Assembly (NCBI GenBank): GCA_034679985.1
Contig: JAXITR010000002.1
Coordinates: forward strand, 18,532-82,531
Direction of reading: 5' to 3'
Source: Cryomorphaceae bacterium
Lineage (GTDB): Bacteria > Bacteroidota > Bacteroidia > Flavobacteriales > Schleiferiaceae
DNA length: 64,000 nucleotides
The translations under genes and the position numbers were made by a program. The notes under the pieces are model-generated. The model had not been told where the DNA came from, searched no databases, and worked only from the letters and a program-made list of their open reading frames with translations. Positions 55,639 to 64,000 of this stretch are shown one piece after another. The first letter of the stretch is position 1; each line of letters begins with the position of its first letter.

Positions 55639-56652
55639 TTAACCAAAGGTACTATTTTTTTCAAGCCAACGACCCACCGGCACGGGCCAAGCAAGGTCTT
55701 CCCAATTACCTTGTGCGACCCACTCAAATCCATCCGGTTGGCTGGTTACATCACGGGCGTCCAGGCGGTAAAAATGAATCCACAACCGTCGGTGACTCAG
55801 CCGGTGTTCCACCGGGCTTCCGGCATTCCATGCTTTGATTTCAGCCTCCGGCATGCCCAAATCACTCGGTTGAGGCAAGTCCATCAATCCCGGCCAAATG
55901 CCGCTAACGGGCCTTTTTCCGCACAAAAAATGTCCGTCGCGAACTACGAACATGCGGTGCCAGTCCTCTTCCAGAACTTTTGTTTTACCCAACTTTACCG
56001 GGAGCATTTCTGCCTTTTTGGATTGAAATGCCACTGCGCAGTCTGCCGCAACGGGGCATTCACCGCACTTGGGTTGCTTGGGTGTACAGACCAAACTTCC
56101 CAGTTCCATGAGTGCTTGGGTGTGGTCGCCGCAATCGCCGGACGGCAGAAGGGAATCCGCCAATTCCCATAGGGCCTTATGGCCTTCCGGCTTATCGATG
56201 GGGGCTTCAATTGCAGCCCATCGGCTCAGAACGCGGTAAACGTTTCCGTCCACAGCGGCTGCGCGGGTTCCAAAGGCAATGGAGGCAATGGCTCCGGCGG
56301 TGTACGGCCCGACTCCCGGCAAGGCGCGCCAATCGGCAACCTCGGTTTTCCATACCCCTCCCCATTCGTTCGCCACGATTTTCGCGGCAGCGTGTAAGTT
56401 ACGAGCGCGGGCATAGTAGCCCAATCCTTGCCAAACTTGCAGCAAGTCGTCCAGTTGCGCTGACGCTAAATCTTCCACGGTGGGAAATCGTTCCACAAAC
56501 CGCAGGAAATAGGGAGTACCTTGTTCCACCCGGGTTTGTTGGAGCAGCACCTCGCTCAACCAAATGGCATAGGGATTGCGGTGTTCCCGCCAAGGGAGCT
56601 CACGTTTGTGCGCTTGGTACCAGCGAACCAACCGATGCGAGAAGTCTGTCAT
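55639..56652 (-). CDS. mutY: A/G-specific adenine DNA glycosylase
   Basis: Motifs: LPWREHRNPYAIWLSEVLLQQTRV, GLGYYARARNL, LPGVGPYTAGAI. Fe-S cluster cysteines are in CTPKQPKCGECPVAADC. NUDIX-like C-terminal domain. Confidence 0.92.
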   Translation of the reverse strand: MTDFSHRLVRWYQAHKRELPWREHRNPYAIWLSEVLLQQTRVEQGTPYFLRFVERFPTVEDLASAQLDDLLQVWQGLGYYARARNLHAAAKIVANEWGGVWKTEVADWRALPGVGPYTAGAIASIAFGTRAAAVDGNVYRVLSRWAAIEAPIDKPEGHKALWELADSLLPSGDCGDHTQALMELGSLVCTPKQPKCGECPVAADCAVAFQSKKAEMLPVKLGKTKVLEEDWHRMFVVRDGHFLCGKRPVSGIWPGLMDLPQPSDLGMPEAEIKAWNAGSPVEHRLSHRRLWIHFYRLDARDVTSQPDGFEWVAQGNWEDLAWPVPVGRWLEKNSTFG

Positions 56653-56685
56653 GCAAAAAGGCTTGTTAAATCAGGGTTTACTTCG

Positions 56686-56693
56686 TATCTTTG
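56686..56693 (+). promoter_or_regulatory. -7 promoter box TATCTTTG, 56 nt upstream of the HU gene ATG
   Basis: Exact TAnnTTTG match. Confidence 0.45.
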
Positions 56694-56749
56694 CGCCCTC
56701 AAAATTAGCTACCTACAACTCTTTTTAAACTTATTTAAATCGAACCAAA

Positions 56750-57043
56750 ATGACCAAAGCCGACATTGTCAACCGCGTTGCTGAGAAGACTGGTATGGAA
56801 AAAGCCGACGTTCAGGCAGTTGTAGAAGGAATGATGCGCGAAGTTAAAGCGAGCATGGAAGCCGGCGACAACGTTTATTTGCGCGGCTTCGGAAGCTTTA
56901 TTTTGAAGAAGCGCGCCAAGAAAACAGGCCGCAACATCTCCAAGAACACCACTTTGGTGATCCCCGCCCACTACATTCCTGCTTTCAAGCCTGCGAAGAC
57001 CTTTGCAGACTCTGTGAAAACCAACGTAGCCGTTCAGGAGTAA
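56750..57043 (+). CDS. hup: HU-family DNA-binding protein
   Basis: 97 aa. Motifs: MTKADIVNRVAEKTG, VYLRGFGSFILKKRAKKTGRNISKNTTLVIPAHYIPAFKP. Confidence 0.92.
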   Translation: MTKADIVNRVAEKTGMEKADVQAVVEGMMREVKASMEAGDNVYLRGFGSFILKKRAKKTGRNISKNTTLVIPAHYIPAFKPAKTFADSVKTNVAVQE

Positions 57044-57064
57044 TCCGGAACAAACCCTTTGCCG

Positions 57065-57556
57065 ATGACTCCTTCGCGTTCCAAACTCGTACTAAGTATC
57101 GCTGCAGCCCTTGTGGTATCGGCGTCCTTGGTGTGGTTGGTGCCGAGATCGCCATCGGCAGCGCCGCAGGCAGAAGAAGCCGCGCTTTCTCCCTTGGATG
57201 CCAAGGTGCAAAAAGCGGTCGAATTGATTCAAGGAGGTTCGGAGAACCCCATGGAGGCCATTATGTTGCTGCGCGAAGTCGTCCAAGAAGATTCCAATCA
57301 CCGAGACGCCCACTTTTGGTTGGGTGAATTTTCGGTGCAATCGGGTCAAATGGACAAAGCGGTGGAACGCTTTCGCCGTGTTGTATCCCTGGATCCTGCT
57401 TTTGCACCCGGGGTAGAGAAATTGGCCACAGTGTACTTGCAGCTGGGGCAGGCCGACAGTGCTGATGCCGTGGTGCATCGGTTCTTGGACCGATATCCGC
57501 AAGCGGAGGGAGCAGACCGTGTGAAAGCGTTGCACACGGAACACGCCCCCCAATAA
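57065..57556 (+). CDS. Membrane-anchored TPR-repeat protein
   Basis: Track ORF 57059..57556 (TTG) trimmed to ATG 57065. TM anchor LVLSIAAALVVSASLVWLV, then TPR-like repeats (AHFWLGEFSVQSGQMDKAVERFRRVVSLDP). Confidence 0.7.
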   Translation: MTPSRSKLVLSIAAALVVSASLVWLVPRSPSAAPQAEEAALSPLDAKVQKAVELIQGGSENPMEAIMLLREVVQEDSNHRDAHFWLGEFSVQSGQMDKAVERFRRVVSLDPAFAPGVEKLATVYLQLGQADSADAVVHRFLDRYPQAEGADRVKALHTEHAPQ

Positions 57557-57575
57557 CCTTTTAAACGACTTAGCT

Positions 57576-57665
57576 ATGCCAAGCGGAAAGAAAAGAAAGC
57601 GCCATAAGATGGCCACTCACAAGCGTAAAAAGCGTCTTCGCAAGAACCGTCACAAAAAGCGCTAA
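57576..57665 (+). CDS. 29-aa ultra-basic protein, bS22 / mS38 (AURKAIP1-COX24)-like candidate ribosomal protein
   Basis: Too short for the ORF track. ATG 57576 gives MPSGKKRKRHKMATHKRKKRLRKNRHKKR, then TAA at 57663-57665. 21 of 29 residues are K/R/H. The KKR-x-KM-x-x-HK-x-RK-x-x-K core resembles actinobacterial bS22 (from memory). The ORF sits 6 nt before rng. Confidence 0.6.
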   Translation: MPSGKKRKRHKMATHKRKKRLRKNRHKKR

Positions 57666-57671
57666 TCGCCA

Positions 57672-59192
57672 ATGCGTACCGAACTCGTCATTCAAACCAG
57701 CGGATCGGACGCAGAATTGGCTCTTCTTCAGGATGGTCGTCTTGTGGAGCTCGTCGCCGAAAAAGGCGACGATCGCTTCTCAGTGGGCGATATCTACTTG
57801 GGCCGCGTAAAGAAAGTAGCTCCAGGACTCAATGCCGCGTTCGTGGATGTAGGGCACGCAAAAGATGCCTTCCTCCACTACCACGACTTGGGTCCGCAAT
57901 TGGCTTCTTGGCAGCAATTCACCAAAAAGGTGTTGTTGGGCAAGCAGCCAGCCACAATTTCCGATTTCCAGCTTCAGGCTGAAATTGAGAAAGAGGGCGC
58001 TATGGACGAAGCGGTTAAAGTAGGACAAGACATCCTGGTACAGATCATCAAAGAACCGATTTCCACCAAGGGACCCCGAATTACTTCGGAAATCTCCCTG
58101 GCGGGTCGGTTTATGGTGTTGGTGCCCTTTTCGGACCGTGTATCGGTTTCGCAAAAGATTCGGGAACGAAAAGAAAAAGAGCGACTGCGTCGGCTCGCGG
58201 ACAGCATTCGGCCCAAGGGATTTGGGTTGATTGTACGTACTGTAGCGGAAAACAAAACCGAAGTCGAACTGACTGCGGATTTGGAAGGCCTGATGGCCAA
58301 ATGGAAATCACTGCACCGGCAATTGCGCCAGGCCAAGTCTGGTCAGCGCGTAATGCAGGAAATGGACCGAGCGTCTGCGTTTTTGCGCGACGTCTTCAAC
58401 GAATCGTTCACCAAGATCCACGTGGACAACGAGGATTGGGCGAACGAAGTCAAGCAGTACCTCCAGGAAATTGCCCCGGACAAAGCGGACATGGTGAAGT
58501 TGTACTCCGGTACGGCGCCCATTTTCCAGCATTTCAACGTGGACCGTCAGGTTAAAACCTCGTTCGGTCGCACGGTAACCTTGCAAAAAGGTGCTTACCT
58601 CATCATTGAGCATACGGAGGCGTTGCACGTCATTGACGTGAACAGCGGCAACCGAGGCGCGGTGGGAGAAAGTCAGGAAGAAGGTGCCTTGGCGGTCAAT
58701 TTATTGGCAGCGGAAGAGGTTGCTCGTCAGTTGCGCTTGCGGGACATGGGCGGCATCATTGTGGTGGATTTTATTGATTTGCACTCCAACGAGCACCGTC
58801 GGGCACTGTACGACAAGGTGAAAGAAATGATGTCCCAAGACCGGGCCAAGCACAAAATTTTGCCTCCGTCCAAATTTGGATTGGTGGAAATTACCCGCCA
58901 GCGAGTGCGTCCGGAAAAAGCAATCGAAACCCAAGAAGAAAACCCAGACATGTTGGTGGATGCCCCCATTGTCTTGGTGGAAAAATTGGAGCAGGAGTTT
59001 GCTTCGTTGGCGCAGCGCAAAAAGAAGGACGGGAAGAAGTGGGCCTTACACGTTCACCCGTTCCTGCATGCCTACTTGACCAAAGGGCTGTTTTGGAGCA
59101 GCATACTGCACCAATGGCAGCGCAAGTACAAAGGCAAAATGGATGTAGTTCCACGGGACTCGTTCAAGATGCTGGAGTATAAGTTTCAGTAA
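57672..59192 (+). CDS. rng: Ribonuclease G/E-family endoribonuclease
   Basis: 506 aa. S1-like N-terminus (VGDIYLGRVKKVAPGLNAAFVDVG). Catalytic core motifs: HVIDVNSG, GGIIVVDFID, GLVEITRQR. Confidence 0.9.
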   Translation: MRTELVIQTSGSDAELALLQDGRLVELVAEKGDDRFSVGDIYLGRVKKVAPGLNAAFVDVGHAKDAFLHYHDLGPQLASWQQFTKKVLLGKQPATISDFQLQAEIEKEGAMDEAVKVGQDILVQIIKEPISTKGPRITSEISLAGRFMVLVPFSDRVSVSQKIRERKEKERLRRLADSIRPKGFGLIVRTVAENKTEVELTADLEGLMAKWKSLHRQLRQAKSGQRVMQEMDRASAFLRDVFNESFTKIHVDNEDWANEVKQYLQEIAPDKADMVKLYSGTAPIFQHFNVDRQVKTSFGRTVTLQKGAYLIIEHTEALHVIDVNSGNRGAVGESQEEGALAVNLLAAEEVARQLRLRDMGGIIVVDFIDLHSNEHRRALYDKVKEMMSQDRAKHKILPPSKFGLVEITRQRVRPEKAIETQEENPDMLVDAPIVLVEKLEQEFASLAQRKKKDGKKWALHVHPFLHAYLTKGLFWSSILHQWQRKYKGKMDVVPRDSFKMLEYKFQ

Positions 59193-59254
59193 GGCTTGCC
59201 ACCGCGTTGCATTGGATGGTTATCCTTTTCAAGTGGTGTACAACTTAAGTGTTT

Positions 59255-59282
59255 AAAAGGCGGCCCCTGGGCCGCCTTTTTT
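59255..59282 (+). terminator. Rho-independent terminator after rng
   Basis: Stem AAAAGGCGGCC / GGCCGCCTTTT with a 4-nt loop and a T-run. Ends 14 nt before the recX ATG. Confidence 0.8.
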
Positions 59283-59295
59283 GTTTCTTTGCGGT

Positions 59296-59775
59296 ATGGC
59301 TTGGCAAGCAAAGAAAGTATTCACCTTGGAGGACGGGAGGGCGGCTTTGGAACGCTACTGCGCCTACCAGGAGCGGTGCCAGAGCGAGGTCAAAACCAAG
59401 ATTGCCTCTTTGGGTTTTCGAGGGGACGCCGCGGATCAACTCCTATTGGATGCTTTTGCAGCGGATTGGGTGAACGAAGAGCGATTTGCGCGGGCCTATG
59501 CGCGGGGAAAGTTTCGGTCGTTGGGCTGGGGCAGAATCAAGATTATCCACGGGCTGCGCGCCAAAGGAGTGTCCGGAGCGTGTGTGGCGCTGGGATTGAG
59601 TGAATTGGACCCGGAGGAATACGAGGCGGCCGCGCGCTTGCGCGGAGCTAAGGAATGGGAGGCCGCGAGCGGGGTTCCCGTGCACCAACGCCGCTTCAAG
59701 GTGGAACAGGCTTTGTACCAGCGCGGATTCGAATCCGAATGGGCACGGGAGACAGCACCCGGCAGAGAAGAATAA
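59296..59775 (+). CDS. recX: RecA regulator RecX
   Basis: Track ORF 59281..59775 (TTG) trimmed to ATG 59296 (MAWQAKKVFTLEDGRAALERYCAYQERCQSEV). Motifs: WVNEERFARAYARGKFRSLGWGRIKI, LYQRGF. Confidence 0.8.
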   Translation: MAWQAKKVFTLEDGRAALERYCAYQERCQSEVKTKIASLGFRGDAADQLLLDAFAADWVNEERFARAYARGKFRSLGWGRIKIIHGLRAKGVSGACVALGLSELDPEEYEAAARLRGAKEWEAASGVPVHQRRFKVEQALYQRGFESEWARETAPGREE

Positions 59776-59801
59776 AGCGTTTGTTGTCCCTTCCCGAGGA
59801 T

Positions 59802-60851
59802 TTAGGCTTGGCGGGGCGCGAAGGAATTCAATCCCGCACAAAGGGCTTCCACGGCGCGGTCCGCTACGTCGTAGTGCGTGACGGCGCGCAGCCACCGTGC
59901 GTCCATGGCAGAAATTCCGATTCCCTTTTCGGCCAAATGACTTTGCAGCTGGCGCGCGTCGCAACCGTCGGCCAGGCGAAAGATGACGATGTTGGTGGCC
60001 ACCGGTTTGCATTCTGTCACCCAAGGAAGCTGCTTCAAAAACGTCCCGATTTGGGCAGCTCTTCGGTGGTCGTCGGACAGGCGTTCCACGTGGTGGTCCA
60101 AGGCGTAGAGGGCTGCTGCGGCCAGGTAGCCGGCTTGGCGCATGCCGCCGCCAAAGCGTTTTCGGATGCGCCGTGCGTGTTGAATAAAATCGCGGTTGCC
60201 CACCAAGACGGAACCCACGGGTGCACCCAGTCCTTTACTGAAACACAGGGAAATGCTGTCGAACAATCGGCCGTAGTCTTCGGGGGACTCGCGGTCGTGC
60301 ACCAAGGCATTCCACAAGCGAGCGCCGTCCAAATGGAAGGCCAGTTGGTGTTCGCGGGCAACCGCTTCAGCGGCCCGGAGTGCGTCCAAACCCAGGCAGG
60401 TGCCGCCGCCCTTGTTGCTGGTGTTTTCCAAGACCACCAAACGGGTGGGGGCGGCGTGAACGTTGTCTTGTGGCTGCAACGCTCCGCGGATATCGTCGGG
60501 TGACACCCGTCCGTAGGCGTCGCCGGCAACCCGCACTTGCACGCCGGAGTTGAAGGCAACTCCGCCTCCTTCGTAGTTGTAGACGTGGGCCAGCGGAGAG
60601 CAGATGAGTTCGTCCCCCGGACGGGTGTGCACGTTGATGGCGATTTGATTGGTCATGGTGCCCGACGGACAAAAAAGACCTGCTTCCATTCCAAACCGTT
60701 CGGCGGTAGTGGCCTCCAAAAGTTGAACGGTGGGATCGTCGCCCAGGACGTCGTCCCCTACAGGCGCAGCGTTCATGGCGGCGAGCATCTGGGGCGTGGG
60801 ACGGGTCACGGTGTCGGACCGAAAGTCGGCCCAAAAAGCAGGAGCATTCAT
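59802..60851 (-). CDS. ltaE: Low-specificity L-threonine aldolase
   Basis: Track ORF 59802..60869 trimmed to ATG 60851 ([19 protein letters not shown]). Motifs: [36 protein letters not shown]. Confidence 0.85.
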   Translation of the reverse strand: MNAPAFWADFRSDTVTRPTPQMLAAMNAAPVGDDVLGDDPTVQLLEATTAERFGMEAGLFCPSGTMTNQIAINVHTRPGDELICSPLAHVYNYEGGGVAFNSGVQVRVAGDAYGRVSPDDIRGALQPQDNVHAAPTRLVVLENTSNKGGGTCLGLDALRAAEAVAREHQLAFHLDGARLWNALVHDRESPEDYGRLFDSISLCFSKGLGAPVGSVLVGNRDFIQHARRIRKRFGGGMRQAGYLAAAALYALDHHVERLSDDHRRAAQIGTFLKQLPWVTECKPVATNIVIFRLADGCDARQLQSHLAEKGIGISAMDARWLRAVTHYDVADRAVEALCAGLNSFAPRQA

Positions 60852-60875
60852 GGCACCAAAGTACGGCAAGTGCCG

Positions 60876-60883
60876 TATTTTTG
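60876..60883 (+). promoter_or_regulatory. -7 promoter box TATTTTTG, 7 nt upstream of the prfB ATG
   Basis: Exact TAnnTTTG match in the 39-bp divergent spacer. Confidence 0.5.
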
Positions 60884-60890
60884 CATACTT

Positions 60891-62006
60891 ATGGTGACTA
60901 CGGATCGCGTACGCGAAATTTTTGATCGATTGAAGGCCCTGGAGGGCTACCTGCGCCTGGAAGAGAAGCGCATCACCTTGGCCAACGAGGAGGAGCGCAC
61001 GGTGAACCCCGGTTTTTGGGACGATTCCAAAAAGGCGGAGACTACCATGAAGAAAATCCGGGAACTGAAGTACTGGGTGGATGGATTCAAGGCGGTTAAG
61101 GCGCAGTGCGAAGAACTGGAGTTGTCTTTGGAGTTTTTCCGGGAAGGCGAACTCACCGAAGCAGAAGTGGACGCACTCTACGCCGCAGCCGACGATGCCT
61201 TGGGTACCATGGAATTCCGGAACATGCTTTCCGGCGAAGAAGACAAATTAAGTGCTGTCCTCCAGATTACGGCGGGTGCAGGCGGAACCGAGTCCTGCGA
61301 CTGGGCCGGGATGCTGATGCGCATGTACCTGCGTTGGGCGGAGCGCAACGGCCACAAGGTTCGGGAATTGAACTTCCAAGAAGGCGAAGTGGCCGGCGTG
61401 AAGACGGTCACCTTGGAAATCGAGGGCGAGTTCGTCTTTGGTTACCTCAAAGGCGAGAACGGAGTGCACCGGTTGGTGCGGGTTTCCCCGTTCGACAGCA
61501 ACGCACGCCGGCATACGTCGTTTGTGAGCGTGTACGTTTATCCGTTGGTGGACGACACCATCGATATTCAGGTGAATTTGGGCGAGATCGAATGGGACAC
61601 GTTCCGTTCCAGCGGCGCCGGCGGTCAGAACGTCAACAAGGTAGAAACCGGGGTGCGTTTGCGGCACAAGCCGTCGGGCATCGTGATTGAAAACACCGAA
61701 ACGCGTTCCCAGTTGCAGAACAAGGAAAAGGCGATTCAATTGCTGAAGTCTCGTTTGTACGAGATGGAAATAGAGGCGCGCAACGCCAAACGCGCAGAAA
61801 TTGAATCCGGCAAGAAGAAAATTGAGTGGGGTTCTCAGATCCGAAACTACGTTTTGCACCCGTATAAATTGGTGAAGGACGTGCGCACTGGCGCGGAAAC
61901 TTCGGATCCGGACCGGGTGTTGGACGGTGAGATTGATGCATTTTTGAAAGCGTTCCTCATGTCCGACGGTTCGGCGGCTCAAGAGCTGGACGACCTGGAT
62001 TTGTAA
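60891..62006 (+). CDS. prfB: Peptide chain release factor 2 (uninterrupted, no programmed frameshift)
   Basis: Track ORF 60537..62006 trimmed to ATG 60891 ([21 protein letters not shown]). RF2-specific SPF (VRVSPFDS) and GGQ ([15 protein letters not shown]). The region equivalent to the E. coli shift site reads straight through. Confidence 0.92.
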   Translation: MVTTDRVREIFDRLKALEGYLRLEEKRITLANEEERTVNPGFWDDSKKAETTMKKIRELKYWVDGFKAVKAQCEELELSLEFFREGELTEAEVDALYAAADDALGTMEFRNMLSGEEDKLSAVLQITAGAGGTESCDWAGMLMRMYLRWAERNGHKVRELNFQEGEVAGVKTVTLEIEGEFVFGYLKGENGVHRLVRVSPFDSNARRHTSFVSVYVYPLVDDTIDIQVNLGEIEWDTFRSSGAGGQNVNKVETGVRLRHKPSGIVIENTETRSQLQNKEKAIQLLKSRLYEMEIEARNAKRAEIESGKKKIEWGSQIRNYVLHPYKLVKDVRTGAETSDPDRVLDGEIDAFLKAFLMSDGSAAQELDDLDL

Positions 62007-62040
62007 TTCGTACCTTTTGACCGTGTGTTCGGTCTCCATC

Positions 62041-64000
62041 GTGAAGGTTTTTAAGGGCCAAGCAGCTTTGCTGCTGTTGGGTTGGTGTTTTTTGGCGCTA
62101 CCTGCTGGTGCAGCATTTTTTGGCCAGCAGGCCGTAGATAATTCTGCGGGGACTCAGGACACTGCGGCCTTGCCCGCCGGGACGGCGGAAGGTCGGACTA
62201 CCCGCGTGATGACCAAAGGACCGCGCTTGGTGGTTCCCAATTTAGGACAATGGGCAACACCGGAGGTGGCCCGTTTGGTTTTGGACGAGGTCACGGTGCA
62301 CGTGGAGCGCGACGCTCTGGTTTTTTCCGTTCGCGTTACGGACTCCCTAAGGCCATCGGATTCTACCGCTGCGGTGGCTTACCAATGGGCCGTTCGGCAG
62401 CGGTTTTTGGGAGCGTCTCCTGCCGTTCTTTGGGAATTGGAGGCTTCCGAGCAAGCCCCTGGCGTGAAGCATCATTATTTTTTGGGCACGGATCGTTCCC
62501 GATGGCGCTCCAACGTGCCGGGCGGACGGGTGTTGGTGGGCAAGGGAATTTATCCGGGAGTGGATTTGCGTTTGGAGGTAGTGGATCAGCAGCTGAAGTC
62601 CACCTGGGTGGCTGCTCGCGGCACCGATTTGCAAGCCGTTTCGGTGGTGTGGGAGGGCGCCAGCGATTGGCGGATCAACCGTCGGGGCGGGGTGTCTGTT
62701 CGTTTGGGGGATGAGTGGGCGGAGGAGACAGCGCCCACAGCCTTTTCGCCCGATGGGGCTCCGCTGGCTATTGGCTGGCGCGCGCAGCGCGGCAGCCTCC
62801 GCTTGGTGGGAGACGCTGCACGAACCCAGGACTCGGTTTTCGTGGATCCGCGGTATGTTTTCTCCACGTTCAGCGGCGGCACCTCCGATAACTTTGGCTA
62901 CTGCGCCACCTACGACGCCCAAGGGCGAACCTGGTCTGGGGGCGTTTCCTTCGGTCCCGGATACCCCAGTGCCAACGGCTTTCAGCCCGCCTACCAAGGC
63001 GGTGGGTGCGATGCCGTACTCACCTTGTGGAATCCGGACGGCACCGGGTACCGAAGTTCCACGTTTTTGGGCGGAAACAACCGGGAAGCGCCGCACAGCA
63101 TTTCCGTAGCGCCCAACGGGGACTTGGTGGTTTTTGGCACCACCGGTTCGACGGATTTTCCGCACCTGCCCAATGCGTTTGACACCACCTTTGCCGGAGG
63201 GACGGGGGTGAGTGCGGACGGCGTCTTCTTCAACAACGGAACCGACTTGTTCGTTGCCCGTTTGGACTCCACGGGGGGCGTTTTCCGGGGCGGAACCTAT
63301 TTGGGAGGAGCACAGAACGACGGCATCAATTTGGAGCCGAACAGCTTGCCCATGAACTACGGAGATCCCGCGCGCGGGGAGCTTTTGGTCAACGGCGTGG
63401 GGCGCCCCGGTTTGTCTTCACTCGGAGAGGTTTTTGTGGCCACCAGCACCCGTTCTCCCAATTTCCCGGTCTTCCAGCCCAACGTGCTTCCGGGTTACGC
63501 CCGGGACACCGCCTTTGGCGGTATTTTGGACGGGATCGTGTTTCGCATGTCGCCCTTTTTGGACACCTTGCGTTGGTCCGTGGCCTTGAACGGCAGTGCA
63601 TACGATGCATGGATGGGCTTGGTAGAATCACCGTCGGCCCTGGCGTGTGGTCAATTGATGGCGGTAGGGGCCACGCGAAGCGACAGTTTGGCGCGTGGCG
63701 CCAACGTCCTGCAGCCCCAGCGCGCCGCGCACACGGACGGCATCCTGGGCGTTCTGGACGTGGCCACCGGAACTCGTTTGCGCTCCACCTACTGGGGAAC
63801 GGGTGGTTTCGATGCACTTTTCTGCGTGGCCTCCAATCTGTCGGGTTCGTTATCTGCCTTGGATACGGTTGCCGCGGTGGCCGTTGTGGGGCAGTCCAAA
63901 GCCGCGTCCGGTTCAGCACCGTTTGCACCTTCACCTGGCGTTTGGGGTCAGCCCGGATCCGCCCAGTTCATCCATTACATCGGCACAGGACTGGATACCG
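62041..64000 (+). CDS. Large secreted surface protein, N-terminal ~653 codons (SBBP / beta-propeller-repeat type); continues past the right edge
   Basis: Not in the ORF track because there is no stop in the window. I checked by hand that the frame from GTG 62041 is open to 64000. Signal peptide MKVFKGQAALLLLGWCFLALPAGAAFFGQQ. An NLGQWATPEVARLVLDEVTVHVERDALVF block is typical of N-termini of SBBP-repeat proteins (from memory). Repeats look like PNGDLVVFGTTGSTDFPHLPNAFDTTFAGG and EVFVATSTRSPNFPVFQPNVLPGY. Alternative GTG start at 62023. Confidence 0.75.
   Translation, partial: MKVFKGQAALLLLGWCFLALPAGAAFFGQQAVDNSAGTQDTAALPAGTAEGRTTRVMTKGPRLVVPNLGQWATPEVARLVLDEVTVHVERDALVFSVRVTDSLRPSDSTAAVAYQWAVRQRFLGASPAVLWELEASEQAPGVKHHYFLGTDRSRWRSNVPGGRVLVGKGIYPGVDLRLEVVDQQLKSTWVAARGTDLQAVSVVWEGASDWRINRRGGVSVRLGDEWAEETAPTAFSPDGAPLAIGWRAQRGSLRLVGDAARTQDSVFVDPRYVFSTFSGGTSDNFGYCATYDAQGRTWSGGVSFGPGYPSANGFQPAYQGGGCDAVLTLWNPDGTGYRSSTFLGGNNREAPHSISVAPNGDLVVFGTTGSTDFPHLPNAFDTTFAGGTGVSADGVFFNNGTDLFVARLDSTGGVFRGGTYLGGAQNDGINLEPNSLPMNYGDPARGELLVNGVGRPGLSSLGEVFVATSTRSPNFPVFQPNVLPGYARDTAFGGILDGIVFRMSPFLDTLRWSVALNGSAYDAWMGLVESPSALACGQLMAVGATRSDSLARGANVLQPQRAAHTDGILGVLDVATGTRLRSTYWGTGGFDALFCVASNLSGSLSALDTVAAVAVVGQSKAASGSAPFAPSPGVWGQPGSAQFIHYIGTGLDT

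Noticed and set aside
60891-60990. Programmed +1 frameshift site in prfB
   Set aside because: The RF2 frame reads straight through ([15 protein letters not shown]), with no in-frame TGA and no CTT-TGA-type shift site. This is a frameshift-free RF2, which is known in some lineages.
1-64000. Search by eye for tRNA/rRNA genes, CRISPR repeats, transposases, integrases, phage or toxin-antitoxin/defence genes and long direct repeats
   Set aside because: None recognised. All sizeable spacers were read on both strands and every long ORF is accounted for by a housekeeping or envelope gene. A computational repeat and covariance-model scan would be needed to exclude short or degenerate elements.

Overview
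GC-rich (by eye clearly above 50% GC) chromosomal core segment of a Bacteroidota organism with a type IX secretion / gliding apparatus: PorX, GldD, GldE, one T9SS C-terminal-sorting-domain cargo, and an SBBP-type surface protein at the right edge. I support 59 protein-coding genes. Two are partial at the window edges and four are absent from the supplied ORF track. I also call 16 matches to the Bacteroidetes -7 promoter box TAnnTTTG next to gene starts, and 7 hairpin terminators. Most genes are housekeeping: aroB/aroA, purE/purK, gcvP, recA/recX, nth/mutY/ssb, serS, rplU/rpmA, prfB, rng, kynurenine pathway (kmo/kynU), heme A synthase, and Kdo transferase. There is also a nucleotide-sugar block (DegT aminotransferase, ugd, UDP-GlcA decarboxylase, galE, rfbB) and five peptidases (2 x S9, 3 x M16). 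I saw no rRNA, tRNA, CRISPR array, transposase, integrase, phage or recognisable defence gene. I do not see a compelling self-contained novel system. The best candidates for something undescribed are four. (i) A pair of ~10%-tryptophan secreted/outer-membrane-like proteins with an anomalous 163-nt out-of-frame overlap, divergent from a giant propeller-type LytS-family sensor kinase and LytTR regulator (7.9-13.6 kb). (ii) A 39-codon Cys-rich lipoprotein-like mini-ORF coupled to a SprT-like gene at the head of the purK-purE operon. (iii) A recurrent predicted-leaderless promoter architecture: TACCTTTG boxes 4-7 nt from start codons, and back-to-back boxes in 28-46 bp divergent spacers. (iv) An unlisted 29-aa ultra-basic bS22-like ORF. 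All functional calls come from my own recognition of motifs in the translations, not from database searches. Start codons are often inferred.
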